In this document: piece by piece, positions 48,713-58,059 of the stretch
Layout: each line of letters starts with the position of its first letter
Numbering within the stretch: position 1 is the stretch's first letter
Virus record (IMG/VR): IMGVR_UViG_3300021387_000106
Span: 45,801 to 109,800 of that record
Direction: 5' to 3' (one strand)
Length of the DNA: 64,000 nt
Origin: a virus
Taxonomy: Duplodnaviria > Caudoviricetes
Notes under the pieces: generated by a model
Seen by the model: the letters and a program-made list of their open reading frames with translations, nothing else
What the model was told of the DNA's origin: nothing
Database searches by the model: none
Translations under genes and position numbers: made by a program

Positions 48713-49296
48713 TGAGTGAGGCACTTGCTTGTAAATAAGTCGAATTATTAAATATGTATGGTTACTAAAAAGGTTAAGGCTGAGGCACTGGCTGAGGCTG
48801 CTGCTTTTATTGTGTTCGATTCACAAAATATTTGCTATTACCTTTTTGTTTGGTTTTTATTTTCTGAGGCTGCTGCTGAGGAAAATAAATTTTAGTTTAC
48901 TTTGAAAATATTTTTTTCTTAGACTACACAAATAAAAAGGCTGCTCTTTGACAAAATGAAACGAAATAAATATTGTTTGGAAAAGTTTTCATTTAGATTT
49001 TATTCTTTTAGATTTTAATTTTCTTAGATTTTATTTCGTGAACACTGCAAGGCTATTACCAGATTTTACTTTTTTATAAAGATTGATCTTGCGAGCTTTG
49101 CAGAATTGATACAAGATATAATTCATAATTGAGTTTTATCAGATGCAGGAGAGTGCAATACGGCACTCTCCTTTGTTGTTTGGATTTTATTTTTTGTTTT
49201 GATTGGTTATTCCTGATTTCAAAATATTTTTTTGAGATTTGGATTTGAGTTCGATTCTCAATCTTAGCGCAATTAATTTTTAAAACTCAAAAGATT

Positions 49297-49521
49297 ATGA
49301 AAAGAAAAGATTACTATTTAGTTCGTGACAATATCTTAGGAATTGTCATTGGTGGTTTTACTGTGATCGCTGATTACGAGTTACCAATTTCCATTTCCAC
49401 AAAAACATATTTGCAATATGTGGAAAATAAGAGAAAAGCAATTTGCAGAGAAATGCACCTGAAAGCAAATTGTTTTGAATCTTGGTTAGTAGATTTAGTT
49501 ACCTACCGTAACCGCTTATAA
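49297..49521 (+). CDS. Hypothetical protein
   Basis: Preceded by the conserved TAAAACTCA...ATTATG leader. Confidence 0.65.
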   Translation: MKRKDYYLVRDNILGIVIGGFTVIADYELPISISTKTYLQYVENKRKAICREMHLKANCFESWLVDLVTYRNRL

Positions 49522-49662
49522 GATGTATAACTTAAAACTTAATTGAATTATGAAAAATCTATGTGAATTTGCCGAAAGTATTTTGGCACGGAACACGATC
49601 GAAACTTTTATTGAGATTATTTGCAGTTTGTCAGATGATGATGTAAAACAGATAATTGCAGG

Positions 49663-49971
49663 ATGAAAGTTTTGGATGATAGAAAGCGGTTAGACTATCA
49701 GCGTAGTTTAGCCGCACAATTTTTCTGCAAGAATTATTCGAGGGAGCAAAGATACCTGATTATTTTGCAGAGAGATTTGGAGAAAGGATTTCAAGCCATT
49801 ACGAGCTTGGGAATTGAGAAAGCGAAGTCTTTCCAGATATTTTATGATTTTCTTTTGGATTTTGAGAATCTGAATGAAAAGATGATTGAGTTTCGTTGGA
49901 GTGAAGATTTTCTGAATGAAAACGGAATTGACTATTCTGAATTGAAGAGATTATATCTCGCTGCGAATTAG
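49663..49971 (+). CDS. Hypothetical protein
   Basis: Coupled to an upstream 38-codon ORF (49550); its stop is the TAG of the hairpin loop. Confidence 0.65.
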   Translation: MKVLDDRKRLDYQRSLAAQFFCKNYSREQRYLIILQRDLEKGFQAITSLGIEKAKSFQIFYDFLLDFENLNEKMIEFRWSEDFLNENGIDYSELKRLYLAAN

Positions 49972-50017
49972 TTTTTGTGGCGAGGACTATTTATTCACTT
50001 TAAAACTCAATGACATT

Positions 50018-50305
50018 ATGAAAAAGAATCTGATTATTGTAGTGGTTACTGTTTTGTCGGTTTTCGCTATTGAGAGTGCGGTTTACTTTGGCTACTGGTG
50101 TAATAATCTCCACAAGAGATATTCTTTGGTGGTAAATCAGAATCGCAAAATGAGAAATGAGATTCGCAATTACGAGGAAATCTTGGATTCTATTGACAAC
50201 GTGCATCATCACGATTATTTGACAACGATTCGAGGTTACAAGGAATTGCGAGGTTACAATGAGATTCGCCCTGTTTATTCTTCTTTGCAGGTTGCTGCGA
50301 AGTAG
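50018..50305 (+). CDS. Hypothetical membrane-anchored protein
   Basis: N-terminal TM segment; follows a hairpin-leader element. Confidence 0.65.
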   Translation: MKKNLIIVVVTVLSVFAIESAVYFGYWCNNLHKRYSLVVNQNRKMRNEIRNYEEILDSIDNVHHHDYLTTIRGYKELRGYNEIRPVYSSLQVAAK

Positions 50306-50375
50306 AGAATGAATTAAAGATTGTAGCGGATTAGTTTCCGCTACGATTTCTATTTTCACTAATACATTATGAATT

Positions 50376-50663
50376 ATGAAAGCAAAGGATTTATTGAATT
50401 GGGTAGTAGATTTTAATCTCAATGGCGAGGATCTATTTTCCGTAGAGATTTCCGAGAGTGACGAATTTGAAAGTCAGAGTGATTTCATTGAGAAATTCTT
50501 TGGCTGTATTCCAGACAAGGAGATTCCGGCAGGAGATTACATTTACATTTGGTCTGACGTTTTGCCCTACGAGTTCTATGACAAGAAACTGGAGCAAAAA
50601 GCGGAGATTGCATTGAAAGCGCATGAGGATTACAAAATCTACCTTTTCCGAATTGAGGATTAA
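50376..50663 (+). CDS. Hypothetical acidic protein
   Basis: Follows a hairpin-leader element. Confidence 0.7.
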   Translation: MKAKDLLNWVVDFNLNGEDLFSVEISESDEFESQSDFIEKFFGCIPDKEIPAGDYIYIWSDVLPYEFYDKKLEQKAEIALKAHEDYKIYLFRIED

Positions 50664-50741
50664 GTACGATTATTCCTATTTGCTTGCAAAGTACGAGAAT
50701 TACTTTGCGAGTACGATTATAAACTCAAAAGTACGTGAATT

Positions 50742-51134
50742 ATGAATGAAAAGGTATTATCAATGGCAAACGATTCCGTTGCCTGGTATCTCAGAAACTT
50801 TAATGTTATTGGGATAGAGTACGAGAATGATTCGAGTTGGTTCTACGCTATTGGAAAGTACGAAAATTCTAATCAAGTGAATGTGTTATCGGTTGCGAAG
50901 AAAGATTCGGGCTGCAAGACTACTGTATTTGGGGATTTCAATTACTTTGCCATTCTCTATGCGTTACACGCTTGCGGATATTCTGCGAAATGGACTGCGA
51001 AAGGTTACGTGATGTGGCCCGTTTGGTATCTCAATCGTTTTGAAATGCAAAATTTCCTGATTGAGTACGACAAGATTATTTCAAAGTACGGATTTGATAG
51101 GCTATCGGTTGAAAGGAATACTTATCTCTCTTGA
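50742..51134 (+). CDS. Hypothetical protein
   Basis: Follows a hairpin-leader element. Confidence 0.7.
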   Translation: MNEKVLSMANDSVAWYLRNFNVIGIEYENDSSWFYAIGKYENSNQVNVLSVAKKDSGCKTTVFGDFNYFAILYALHACGYSAKWTAKGYVMWPVWYLNRFEMQNFLIEYDKIISKYGFDRLSVERNTYLS

Positions 51135-51194
51135 ATTATTCTGCAAGGATTAGTTTCCTTGCGGAGTACGATTTACTTTAATACATTATGAATT

Positions 51195-51419
51195 ATGAGA
51201 AAATTAGTTATCCTGACAATGGGCAGCGTTATTTTGTTGCCGTTCGTGTTCATTATCTGCAATTCTAATTGGATTTGTGGTATTCTTTCTTTGGTTGCTA
51301 TTTTGGCAATTACTATGACTGGAGATAGAAAGGACAGATTATTTTGGGGTTTGTACTGGAAGTATCTGAAATCTATCGTAAAGAAGTTGTTTCCATTACC
51401 AAAAGAGTATAGTTTATGA
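51195..51419 (+). CDS. Hypothetical two-TM protein
   Basis: Follows a hairpin-leader element; coupled to a 43-codon ORF at 51416-51547. Confidence 0.65.
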   Translation: MRKLVILTMGSVILLPFVFIICNSNWICGILSLVAILAITMTGDRKDRLFWGLYWKYLKSIVKKLFPLPKEYSL

Positions 51420-51628
51420 GGCAGCGTATTTGTGTGCAAACTCCCAATGGCGGATTTGCAGAGATCGCCGCTAAATGCGACGGAAAGAAATTGTGGACTG
51501 ATGGAATTAGATTTTGGCGAGGAAAGTTCTTGTGGTTTCCTTGGTAACTTATTGCTCTGAGCTGATTAGTTTCGGCTTGGAGTACGAGAAATTTATCTCA
51601 TATTGTTTAATTTAAAACTCGATTAATT

Positions 51629-52135
51629 ATGAAAAAGATTCAGAAAGAAGTCGTAATCAAGCGTTACGACACAATGTTTGTTGCCAACGATGGCACGGAG
51701 TTCACAACGGAAGAAGAGTGCAAGAAGTACGAAGAAAGTGCAAAGTGTGCTTTGATGGCACGTTACAATTTGCTTGTCATCAAGGAATCAGATTGCTTTT
51801 CCCTCTTTGGTTTTGGCTCTGACGAAGATGTTATCAATGTTGTAAAGGTTGAGTCTAAAGAAGATATAAATCTGATTCTGCAACTTTTGATTATCGAAAA
51901 TCCTTGGCATTACGATGAAAACAAGGCTGAAAATCCCGATGCTGCTGCAAGTAAGAAAGAAAATCTGAGAAAAGTAACTGAACGCCTGACGAAAGCATTG
52001 CAGGAAAAGGATTTGATTTTCATCGGACGTGGTTACGATTCTGATGGATTCTATTTCGAGGGAACTCGCAATGAGCATATCCGTGTGCTGGAGAATATCG
52101 GAAAAGAGAAATCGGAATCTGAAACTGGCGAATAA
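51629..52135 (+). CDS. Hypothetical protein
   Basis: FVANDGTEFTTEEECKKYE motif, common in small phage proteins; follows a hairpin-leader element. Confidence 0.75.
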   Translation: MKKIQKEVVIKRYDTMFVANDGTEFTTEEECKKYEESAKCALMARYNLLVIKESDCFSLFGFGSDEDVINVVKVESKEDINLILQLLIIENPWHYDENKAENPDAAASKKENLRKVTERLTKALQEKDLIFIGRGYDSDGFYFEGTRNEHIRVLENIGKEKSESETGE

Positions 52136-52207
52136 TCTATCTCTATTGTCGGAATGGAATTAGTTTTCTATTCCGATGCTATAAAACTCTAAAAGAAAGG
52201 AAATATT

Positions 52208-52345
52208 ATGAAGACGTTTGAACAGATTGCGTCACAATGTGAGCGCATTGCCAGACTTTACTACAAAGGTTTTGGCACAAAGAAGATGTTAGAAACGGCT
52301 GAGAGATTTTTCTTTTCTCAGCAGAAAGTCGGACTATGTTTTTAA
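52208..52345 (+). CDS. Small hypothetical protein (45 aa, below ORF-track cutoff)
   Basis: ATG follows the hairpin-leader element with loop at 52160. Confidence 0.5.
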   Translation: MKTFEQIASQCERIARLYYKGFGTKKMLETAERFFFSQQKVGLCF

Positions 52346-52356
52346 TCTGAAATATT

Positions 52357-52677
52357 ATGGATGCAATTAAGATTTCGCAAGAAAGTTTGGATGCTTTCAA
52401 GATTCAGAAAGAATCTCCATGTTGGCGAGAGGATGAAGTCTGCAATATGATTTCTGATTCTATCAATGAGCATTTTCGTGAAGAGAATAACGGATGCGAT
52501 TCTGACGTTTTCGTTGATGAAGTGATTGAGGATGGTGTGATTGCTTTGAATTGGCACACATTTTTAGATTGCTACGTTACGACTGACTACGTTACGAGAG
52601 TTGCAGCGTTTGTCTTTGAGAAATTCCCTGACGTTAAAACTATCATGTCGCCTTGCAAGGATTTTGAAAGGAATTGA
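52357..52677 (+). CDS. Hypothetical acidic protein
   Basis: ATTATG start; followed by a 47-codon ORF at 52680-52823. Confidence 0.65.
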   Translation: MDAIKISQESLDAFKIQKESPCWREDEVCNMISDSINEHFREENNGCDSDVFVDEVIEDGVIALNWHTFLDCYVTTDYVTRVAAFVFEKFPDVKTIMSPCKDFERN

Positions 52678-52888
52678 ATATGAAACAGATTGTTAAGAAT
52701 TTCCCTACTTTGCGGAAAGCGCAAAATTTCCTGCAAGGTTTGTATTCTCGCTACAATTATGTGAGATTGTCCGATTTTCCTAAATTCTCAGAAAATGGCG
52801 AATATGTTTTCACTGTTGACTGATTCCTTGACTTTGTGCGGATTAGTTTCCGCATGAAGTACGATTGTTTAACTCAAATGGATTAATT

Positions 52889-53068
52889 ATGGCTAAGATG
52901 TCTTTAAACAAACTGGTTGCTGTCAATTCGTACAATGCAAATAGTAATCTGATGTACGAATTGGAACGCAAGGGAGAAAAAGATAGTGTGCAATATCTTT
53001 GCTTGAAGAATGAGAATGAGCGTTTAGAAAAGCGTTATCCGAGTTTGCGCACAAATCTCTATTGCTGA
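52889..53068 (+). CDS. Hypothetical protein
   Basis: Start reassigned to the ATTATG after the hairpin. Confidence 0.6.
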   Translation: MAKMSLNKLVAVNSYNANSNLMYELERKGEKDSVQYLCLKNENERLEKRYPSLRTNLYC

Positions 53069-53127
53069 TTATATTTCCCTCTGATTAGATTCTGAGGGAA
53101 GTACAATTTAATTAAACTCAAACGATT

Positions 53128-53616
53128 ATGAATACAAACGATTTATGGAAGATTTTCACTACTGACAAAAGTATTGTGATTCTGACTGATGTGCCGAGAA
53201 ATTACCACAATGGCGACGGAGTTTATATCCTGATGAAACAATTGCAGGAGATATACGGAAGTAACCTTTGCAGTACACAAAAGTTTGATGAAAGATTCGA
53301 TAAGATTGAAGATTTCAATATCATTCTCAAAACTGGTTATAATCTCGACGGAAACAGATTGATTTGTGCGCATTTGTTCGATTTCGACCCTAAAACGAAT
53401 TTGCTTTTGGTAGATAATACCAAGAGTTTGCGGATGAAAGAAGATAACGAGTTTGTGTATCGTATTCAGAAAACGCAAATAAAATGTATTGATGGTTGGA
53501 ACGGATTGCGAAAGCACATTCTTTGGACTATGGGTAGAGATACCTGTTGGACTTTTTGGGGAGATGCACAATTTGGCGAACAAAAGATTATCTCACTTGA
53601 AAGAAAGTGCGCTTGA
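53128..53616 (+). CDS. Hypothetical protein
   Basis: Follows a hairpin-leader element. Confidence 0.7.
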   Translation: MNTNDLWKIFTTDKSIVILTDVPRNYHNGDGVYILMKQLQEIYGSNLCSTQKFDERFDKIEDFNIILKTGYNLDGNRLICAHLFDFDPKTNLLLVDNTKSLRMKEDNEFVYRIQKTQIKCIDGWNGLRKHILWTMGRDTCWTFWGDAQFGEQKIISLERKCA

Positions 53617-53677
53617 TTACTTTGGTGCAATTAGTTTTGCACCTAAGTACAATTTACTCACTTAAACATTATGAATT

Positions 53678-53950
53678 ATGATGTACGATTTCACTTTATT
53701 CTTTGAAGATTGCAATTCTAACTTTGCAGATTTCGATGAATTTGCAGAGAAGTGCGAGAACTTAGATTCAGTTTGTGATGTTGATTATGACAACGAGGAC
53801 GTTACTTTCTATGACTTTGCGTTTGGTTGTGACTATCGTCAAGGTTTCTGCGAAAAATCTCTCAATGCTGACAAGGATTTCAAGGATATGGCAAAACACC
53901 AGATCAAAGTTCAGAGCGAGTTTCGTTCTGCAATGGGAATGTGGTTTTAA
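53678..53950 (+). CDS. Hypothetical highly acidic protein
   Basis: Follows a hairpin-leader element; D/F-rich; followed by a 57-codon ORF at 53963-54136. Confidence 0.65.
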   Translation: MMYDFTLFFEDCNSNFADFDEFAEKCENLDSVCDVDYDNEDVTFYDFAFGCDYRQGFCEKSLNADKDFKDMAKHQIKVQSEFRSAMGMWF

Positions 53951-54187
53951 ATCTCAGAGAATATGAACGGAAAGAATTTCATTGTGGTGTATCAAGGAAT
54001 GTATTACACCAAACCGATGTGGGGACCGACATTTAGCCCTCACAAGAAAGATGCAACTCTTTTTACTGAAAAGCAGGCGAAAGAAGTTTGTCGTGATTTA
54101 CATGATTTCAAAGGAATCAGTTATCAAGCAGCGTGAGCGATTTGGGCATTAGTTTGCCCGAATCGTACCAATTAAAAACTCAATATT

Positions 54188-54379
54188 ATGGTTACAAAGA
54201 GTTACACCTACAAAGGTTATGAGATTCAGCGAAAAAGAGTAGTTGAATTGAAAAATGGACATTGGGAGCCAACAAAGCAATACGAGATTTATTCTTGTGG
54301 CTACATGATTCCCTGCATCGTTGATACGTTGAAAGAGGCGAAAGCTGAAATCAACCGAAGAATAGAATTATATTCATAA
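54188..54379 (+). CDS. Hypothetical protein
   Basis: Follows a hairpin-leader element; TLKEAKAEI motif. Confidence 0.65.
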   Translation: MVTKSYTYKGYEIQRKRVVELKNGHWEPTKQYEIYSCGYMIPCIVDTLKEAKAEINRRIELYS

Positions 54380-54455
54380 TTCGATAATGTATTTCCGGGT
54401 GCGCTCTATGAGAATAGTGCGTGCCTACTATTTATTAACTAAAACTCAGTGAATT

Positions 54456-54968
54456 ATGGAAAAATTAGCAGATTACGGAATCAGAATCATTAATCATGGC
54501 GAATGGAGTGACCCAGAAGTTCAATGGAAGAAATCAAGGTTTCAGACTTTGCTTTTCAACTATTGGGATTGTGTGGATTGTTTCGAGAATGACGATTACG
54601 ATTTTGACAACGAAGAAGATTGCGAATTGTTCTATCAGAATCTATTCGAGCTTACTCCAAGTGAGTATGATTATCCGCAAGTTTCTTACGAGTGGACTGT
54701 ATGGACTGATTCTGGCGACGGATTCTACGACGAAACTCTCTTTGATGATGCAGATTACTATAAAGTATATAAGCTATCTCCAAAGAAAGATTTCGTTTTG
54801 CACACGGCAGGGCAGGCATTAAAGCAGGCTTTGAGTTATGTTTTCGATTGCGGAATGAAGAATGTGGAAATTTCCGTTTTCCGTAGGGATGACAGACAGC
54901 GTGAGCGTGTTGCTCATTACATCATGCAGGGTTCTACTTTGCGAAATCAGATGAATTACACAAAGTGA
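54456..54968 (+). CDS. Hypothetical acidic protein
   Basis: Follows a hairpin-leader element. Confidence 0.7.
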   Translation: MEKLADYGIRIINHGEWSDPEVQWKKSRFQTLLFNYWDCVDCFENDDYDFDNEEDCELFYQNLFELTPSEYDYPQVSYEWTVWTDSGDGFYDETLFDDADYYKVYKLSPKKDFVLHTAGQALKQALSYVFDCGMKNVEISVFRRDDRQRERVAHYIMQGSTLRNQMNYTK

Positions 54969-55021
54969 GAGGGATTAGTTTCCCTTTCGCTTACTATTGT
55001 TTCACTAAAACTTTATGAATT

Positions 55022-55402
55022 ATGAGTAAATTACCTACGACTGGCAGAGAATTGCCAAGTCTTTACGTTACGATTATCCGTTCTTTCAGATGGACGCATT
55101 TCAATGGTACTGGAGAGGATAAATTTCCTGCAAAGAGCGTATTCTTTGAGATAATGAAGAAATATCGCTGCAAGAAACCTCAAACCGTTGCAAAGCACAT
55201 TCTAAAAGGCTACAAACCTTCCGCACATGAAAGAAAGTATTGCGCAAAGATTCTTACGGCTACACAATTCCTGAAAACGTTGCAGTTCATGCGCTACAAT
55301 GGCTATATGGAACGTGAACTTGCAAACATGATGATTCTTCCGCTTTCAGAATGGATTGTTTCGAGGACGAAAGAATATGATGAAGCGAAATGGTGTCTTT
55401 AA
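55022..55402 (+). CDS. Hypothetical basic protein
   Basis: Follows a hairpin-leader element. Confidence 0.7.
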   Translation: MSKLPTTGRELPSLYVTIIRSFRWTHFNGTGEDKFPAKSVFFEIMKKYRCKKPQTVAKHILKGYKPSAHERKYCAKILTATQFLKTLQFMRYNGYMERELANMMILPLSEWIVSRTKEYDEAKWCL

Positions 55403-55460
55403 ACTTTCGGGAGATTAGTTTCTCCCTGAGGTTCTACGTTTAACTTAACTCAATTTGATT

Positions 55461-55835
55461 ATGGAACATTTAACCGTTTATGTTTATCGTGACAAAACTA
55501 TTGGAGATTGCACTGCACATGGTGTTACGTCACGTCACGATAGAATTACGTTGCTTTGGGATTGTACTAAGACAGAAGCAATCAAGTATTGTGTTGATAA
55601 AGGAATCGACGTTGATGCTGCATTATGGCTGAATCCGAGAGTCCTTTGGAATGAATATTTGCCATTTGCAGAGCCATTGATTAAGCCAGCAGGTTCAGCA
55701 GGCCCAATGTTTGGTGGCAATTATATTTGCACAAGTGATTCTCGCTTTCCTTGTGTATGCGGAAAGTACGGCAAATATCCTATTCCCGTACATGACCGAT
55801 TTGAAACGCAGGAGTATTGCAACTCTATGGACTAA
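55461..55835 (+). CDS. Hypothetical phage protein
   Basis: GPMFGGNY..TSDSRF...PIPVHDRFE; start reassigned to the ATTATG. Confidence 0.7.
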   Translation: MEHLTVYVYRDKTIGDCTAHGVTSRHDRITLLWDCTKTEAIKYCVDKGIDVDAALWLNPRVLWNEYLPFAEPLIKPAGSAGPMFGGNYICTSDSRFPCVCGKYGKYPIPVHDRFETQEYCNSMD

Positions 55836-55893
55836 AACTTTCGGGCTATTAGTTTAGCCCAGAAGTTCAATGTTTCACTTAAAACTCAGAATT

Positions 55894-56130
55894 ATGTATT
55901 TAGAAACGACTTGTTGTGGGTGTGGAATCGAAAGATGGAACGCTCTAATGAAAGGAGCAAGAAAATGCTCTTACAAAAGACTGGTTGCACGTATAAAGAA
56001 AGAATTACCTGACTTGTACGAATCACTTGCATTGAATTTCTATAATCCTTGGGATGAACAATGCCAACAAACAAAGACGCATTTCATATTAGTACATTCG
56101 GGAATTGAGTATTTTATCCGCAAAAGTTGA
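55894..56130 (+). CDS. Hypothetical protein
   Basis: Start reassigned to the ATTATG after the hairpin. Confidence 0.65.
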   Translation: MYLETTCCGCGIERWNALMKGARKCSYKRLVARIKKELPDLYESLALNFYNPWDEQCQQTKTHFILVHSGIEYFIRKS

Positions 56131-56184
56131 GGGAGATTAGTTTCTCCCTCAACTACTATTGTTTCACTTAAAACTCATTGAATT

Positions 56185-57102
56185 ATGGAGAATTTTGAAG
56201 ATTTCAAGAAACGTAATGTTGGTTTCGATGAAGGCCGTTGGTATGGCTTGGACGAGTATTTTGACAAGACTATGCGTAAATGCTACGATGTGGCTCTGAA
56301 AGTAGAACAAACCTACAATGAATTGCATCCAAACATTAACGAGCCTCAGATTCTCGACATTGTGGAATTTGCAGACGATTTCGAGGTTTACAAGCGTGGA
56401 ATGATTTGCGAGAATCTTTATGGTAAAAGCGAGTTCGGTATGCTTTGTATTTGTGAACATGGTTGCTCTCACACAGATGGGAAATATTTCTCTACTGGTG
56501 GTGGTGCTTTCCGTCATATCCACAAATCTAAGTTGCGCTACGCTGGCGAAACTGAGAATGTAGTTTGGACTTGGGGTTGTTATGGTTCGGGCGCACATCA
56601 ATGTATATATTTCCCTCTGAAAGTTCGCAAATGGATTATTCCTTACGAGCAGCCAAAATTCGGCAGCAAAGTGTATATCAAGGGAAAGAACGCTAAAGAT
56701 ATGTACGGACGTGATTTAGATGCGGTTTGGATTGAGAATTTCGGTTCTTATTTCGGTCACGCTAAATCGTTCAATTCTATCAAGGCTTTCAAGGCATGGG
56801 CTGAATATGTTGGCTACAATAGTTATGCGTTTGACGGAACTTTTGAGCGTAGAAGTCAGCAGAAGATTCAACATCGTTGCATCGTTAAGATGGAAGATTT
56901 GCCAGAAAATGCAAAACCGATGAAAGTTATCGCTAATGGCAGAGTTCACGACGGATGGGTAGTAAACGACGGAATAACCATTACTGAGCTTTGGCTGAAC
57001 GCTTATGACCCTAACGAGGTACGACCTAAGTACGGCACAAAAGAATGGGATGATGAAATACAATTGTTCCACAAGTATTGTCGCAATCCTATGGGTGTTT
57101 AA
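56185..57102 (+). CDS. Hypothetical protein, possibly DUF4121-like
   Basis: STGGGAF...LRYAG...WTWGCYGSG...IYF pattern. The family assignment is from memory only. Confidence 0.6.
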   Translation: MENFEDFKKRNVGFDEGRWYGLDEYFDKTMRKCYDVALKVEQTYNELHPNINEPQILDIVEFADDFEVYKRGMICENLYGKSEFGMLCICEHGCSHTDGKYFSTGGGAFRHIHKSKLRYAGETENVVWTWGCYGSGAHQCIYFPLKVRKWIIPYEQPKFGSKVYIKGKNAKDMYGRDLDAVWIENFGSYFGHAKSFNSIKAFKAWAEYVGYNSYAFDGTFERRSQQKIQHRCIVKMEDLPENAKPMKVIANGRVHDGWVVNDGITITELWLNAYDPNEVRPKYGTKEWDDEIQLFHKYCRNPMGV

Positions 57103-57164
57103 CTCTCTTTGCTTTGCAGGGATTGATTTCTCTGCAAGGTACAATAATTCTAAAACTTTCAATT

Positions 57165-57710
57165 ATGAGACAAGAAGTGTATGATTTGAGGAAATTGGGC
57201 GATAATGCCTATAAGTTCCTGAATGAATGTAACGGACATACTGGAGTATTGTTCGAGAAGAATGTAGAATCTCACATTAACGAAATGTGGCGGTTGTGGC
57301 ACTCTCTTGATGGCACTTGGGATGAATCTTATCGTTACACAAAAGATTATCTTACGAAGATGTGCGAGGATATGCGTAAAAAGAAAATCCGCACAAAAGG
57401 TAAGTGTTTCCCTTTAAAGTCGGGTAATTCTATCTGCAATCAAATGAATCGTATTGTTGTGCTTGCAGGTGGTTATTCCTATGGCAATCCTAATGTTCAT
57501 CTGAAAAGAGCAATCAGTATCGTAGAGCATTACGGAAAGAATATTGCAGCAACAAAGGAATGGAAAGATGCCTATAAAGCTGGATATGATTGGGTAACAT
57601 CTGACATTACAAAGGTAGGATTTAGTTCCGTTGAATCAGAAGCCGTTACATCGGGCTATGCAAAGGCTTACGCTGTAAAGTTTCCCCGTGAGGTCTATGC
57701 AGCACATTAA
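57165..57710 (+). CDS. Hypothetical protein
   Basis: Start reassigned to the ATTATG after the hairpin. Confidence 0.7.
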   Translation: MRQEVYDLRKLGDNAYKFLNECNGHTGVLFEKNVESHINEMWRLWHSLDGTWDESYRYTKDYLTKMCEDMRKKKIRTKGKCFPLKSGNSICNQMNRIVVLAGGYSYGNPNVHLKRAISIVEHYGKNIAATKEWKDAYKAGYDWVTSDITKVGFSSVESEAVTSGYAKAYAVKFPREVYAAH

Positions 57711-57769
57711 CAACTTTGCAGGGATTAGTTTCCCTGCATTGTTCTAATTTAACTTAAACTCAAAGAATT

Positions 57770-58003
57770 ATGGAAGTAAAGAATTTATTCGTGAATTTCG
57801 AGAATGGCGAGAATTGCTTGGTTTACACCTACGATTTGTCTGAGGATGAAGTAAAGCAGTGGTGCGAGAAAGCAACCGACAACAAGGTAATTGAAGTATA
57901 TCATGTTCCTCAAAACGATTTGCAATACTACTGCATCGACGGAAGAGTTTGGGCAGATACGCCAGAACAAGTAGCCAAAGTCAGAAAGTATTTGGCAAAC
58001 TAA
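57770..58003 (+). CDS. Hypothetical protein
   Basis: Follows a hairpin-leader element. Confidence 0.65.
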   Translation: MEVKNLFVNFENGENCLVYTYDLSEDEVKQWCEKATDNKVIEVYHVPQNDLQYYCIDGRVWADTPEQVAKVRKYLAN

Positions 58004-58059
58004 ATGCTTAGAGGGATTAGATTCCCTCTGAGCTTCAATAAACTTTAAAACTTACAATT

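Larger units (their letters stand above)
47428..48881 (+). repeat. Dense same-orientation GCTGAGG/GCTAAGG repeat field
   Basis: Several dozen copies, including copies outside the ORF (e.g. 47439, 47448, 47460, 48661, 48779, 48791, 48875). Confidence 0.85.

Noticed and set aside
49230-49270. tRNA gene suggested by GTTCGATTC
   Set aside because: I could not build an acceptor stem, D-arm or anticodon arm around it.
52298-52323. Possible extra array hairpin (GCTGAGAGA...TTTCTCAGC)
   Set aside because: It lies inside the 52208-52345 ORF and lacks the consensus loop.
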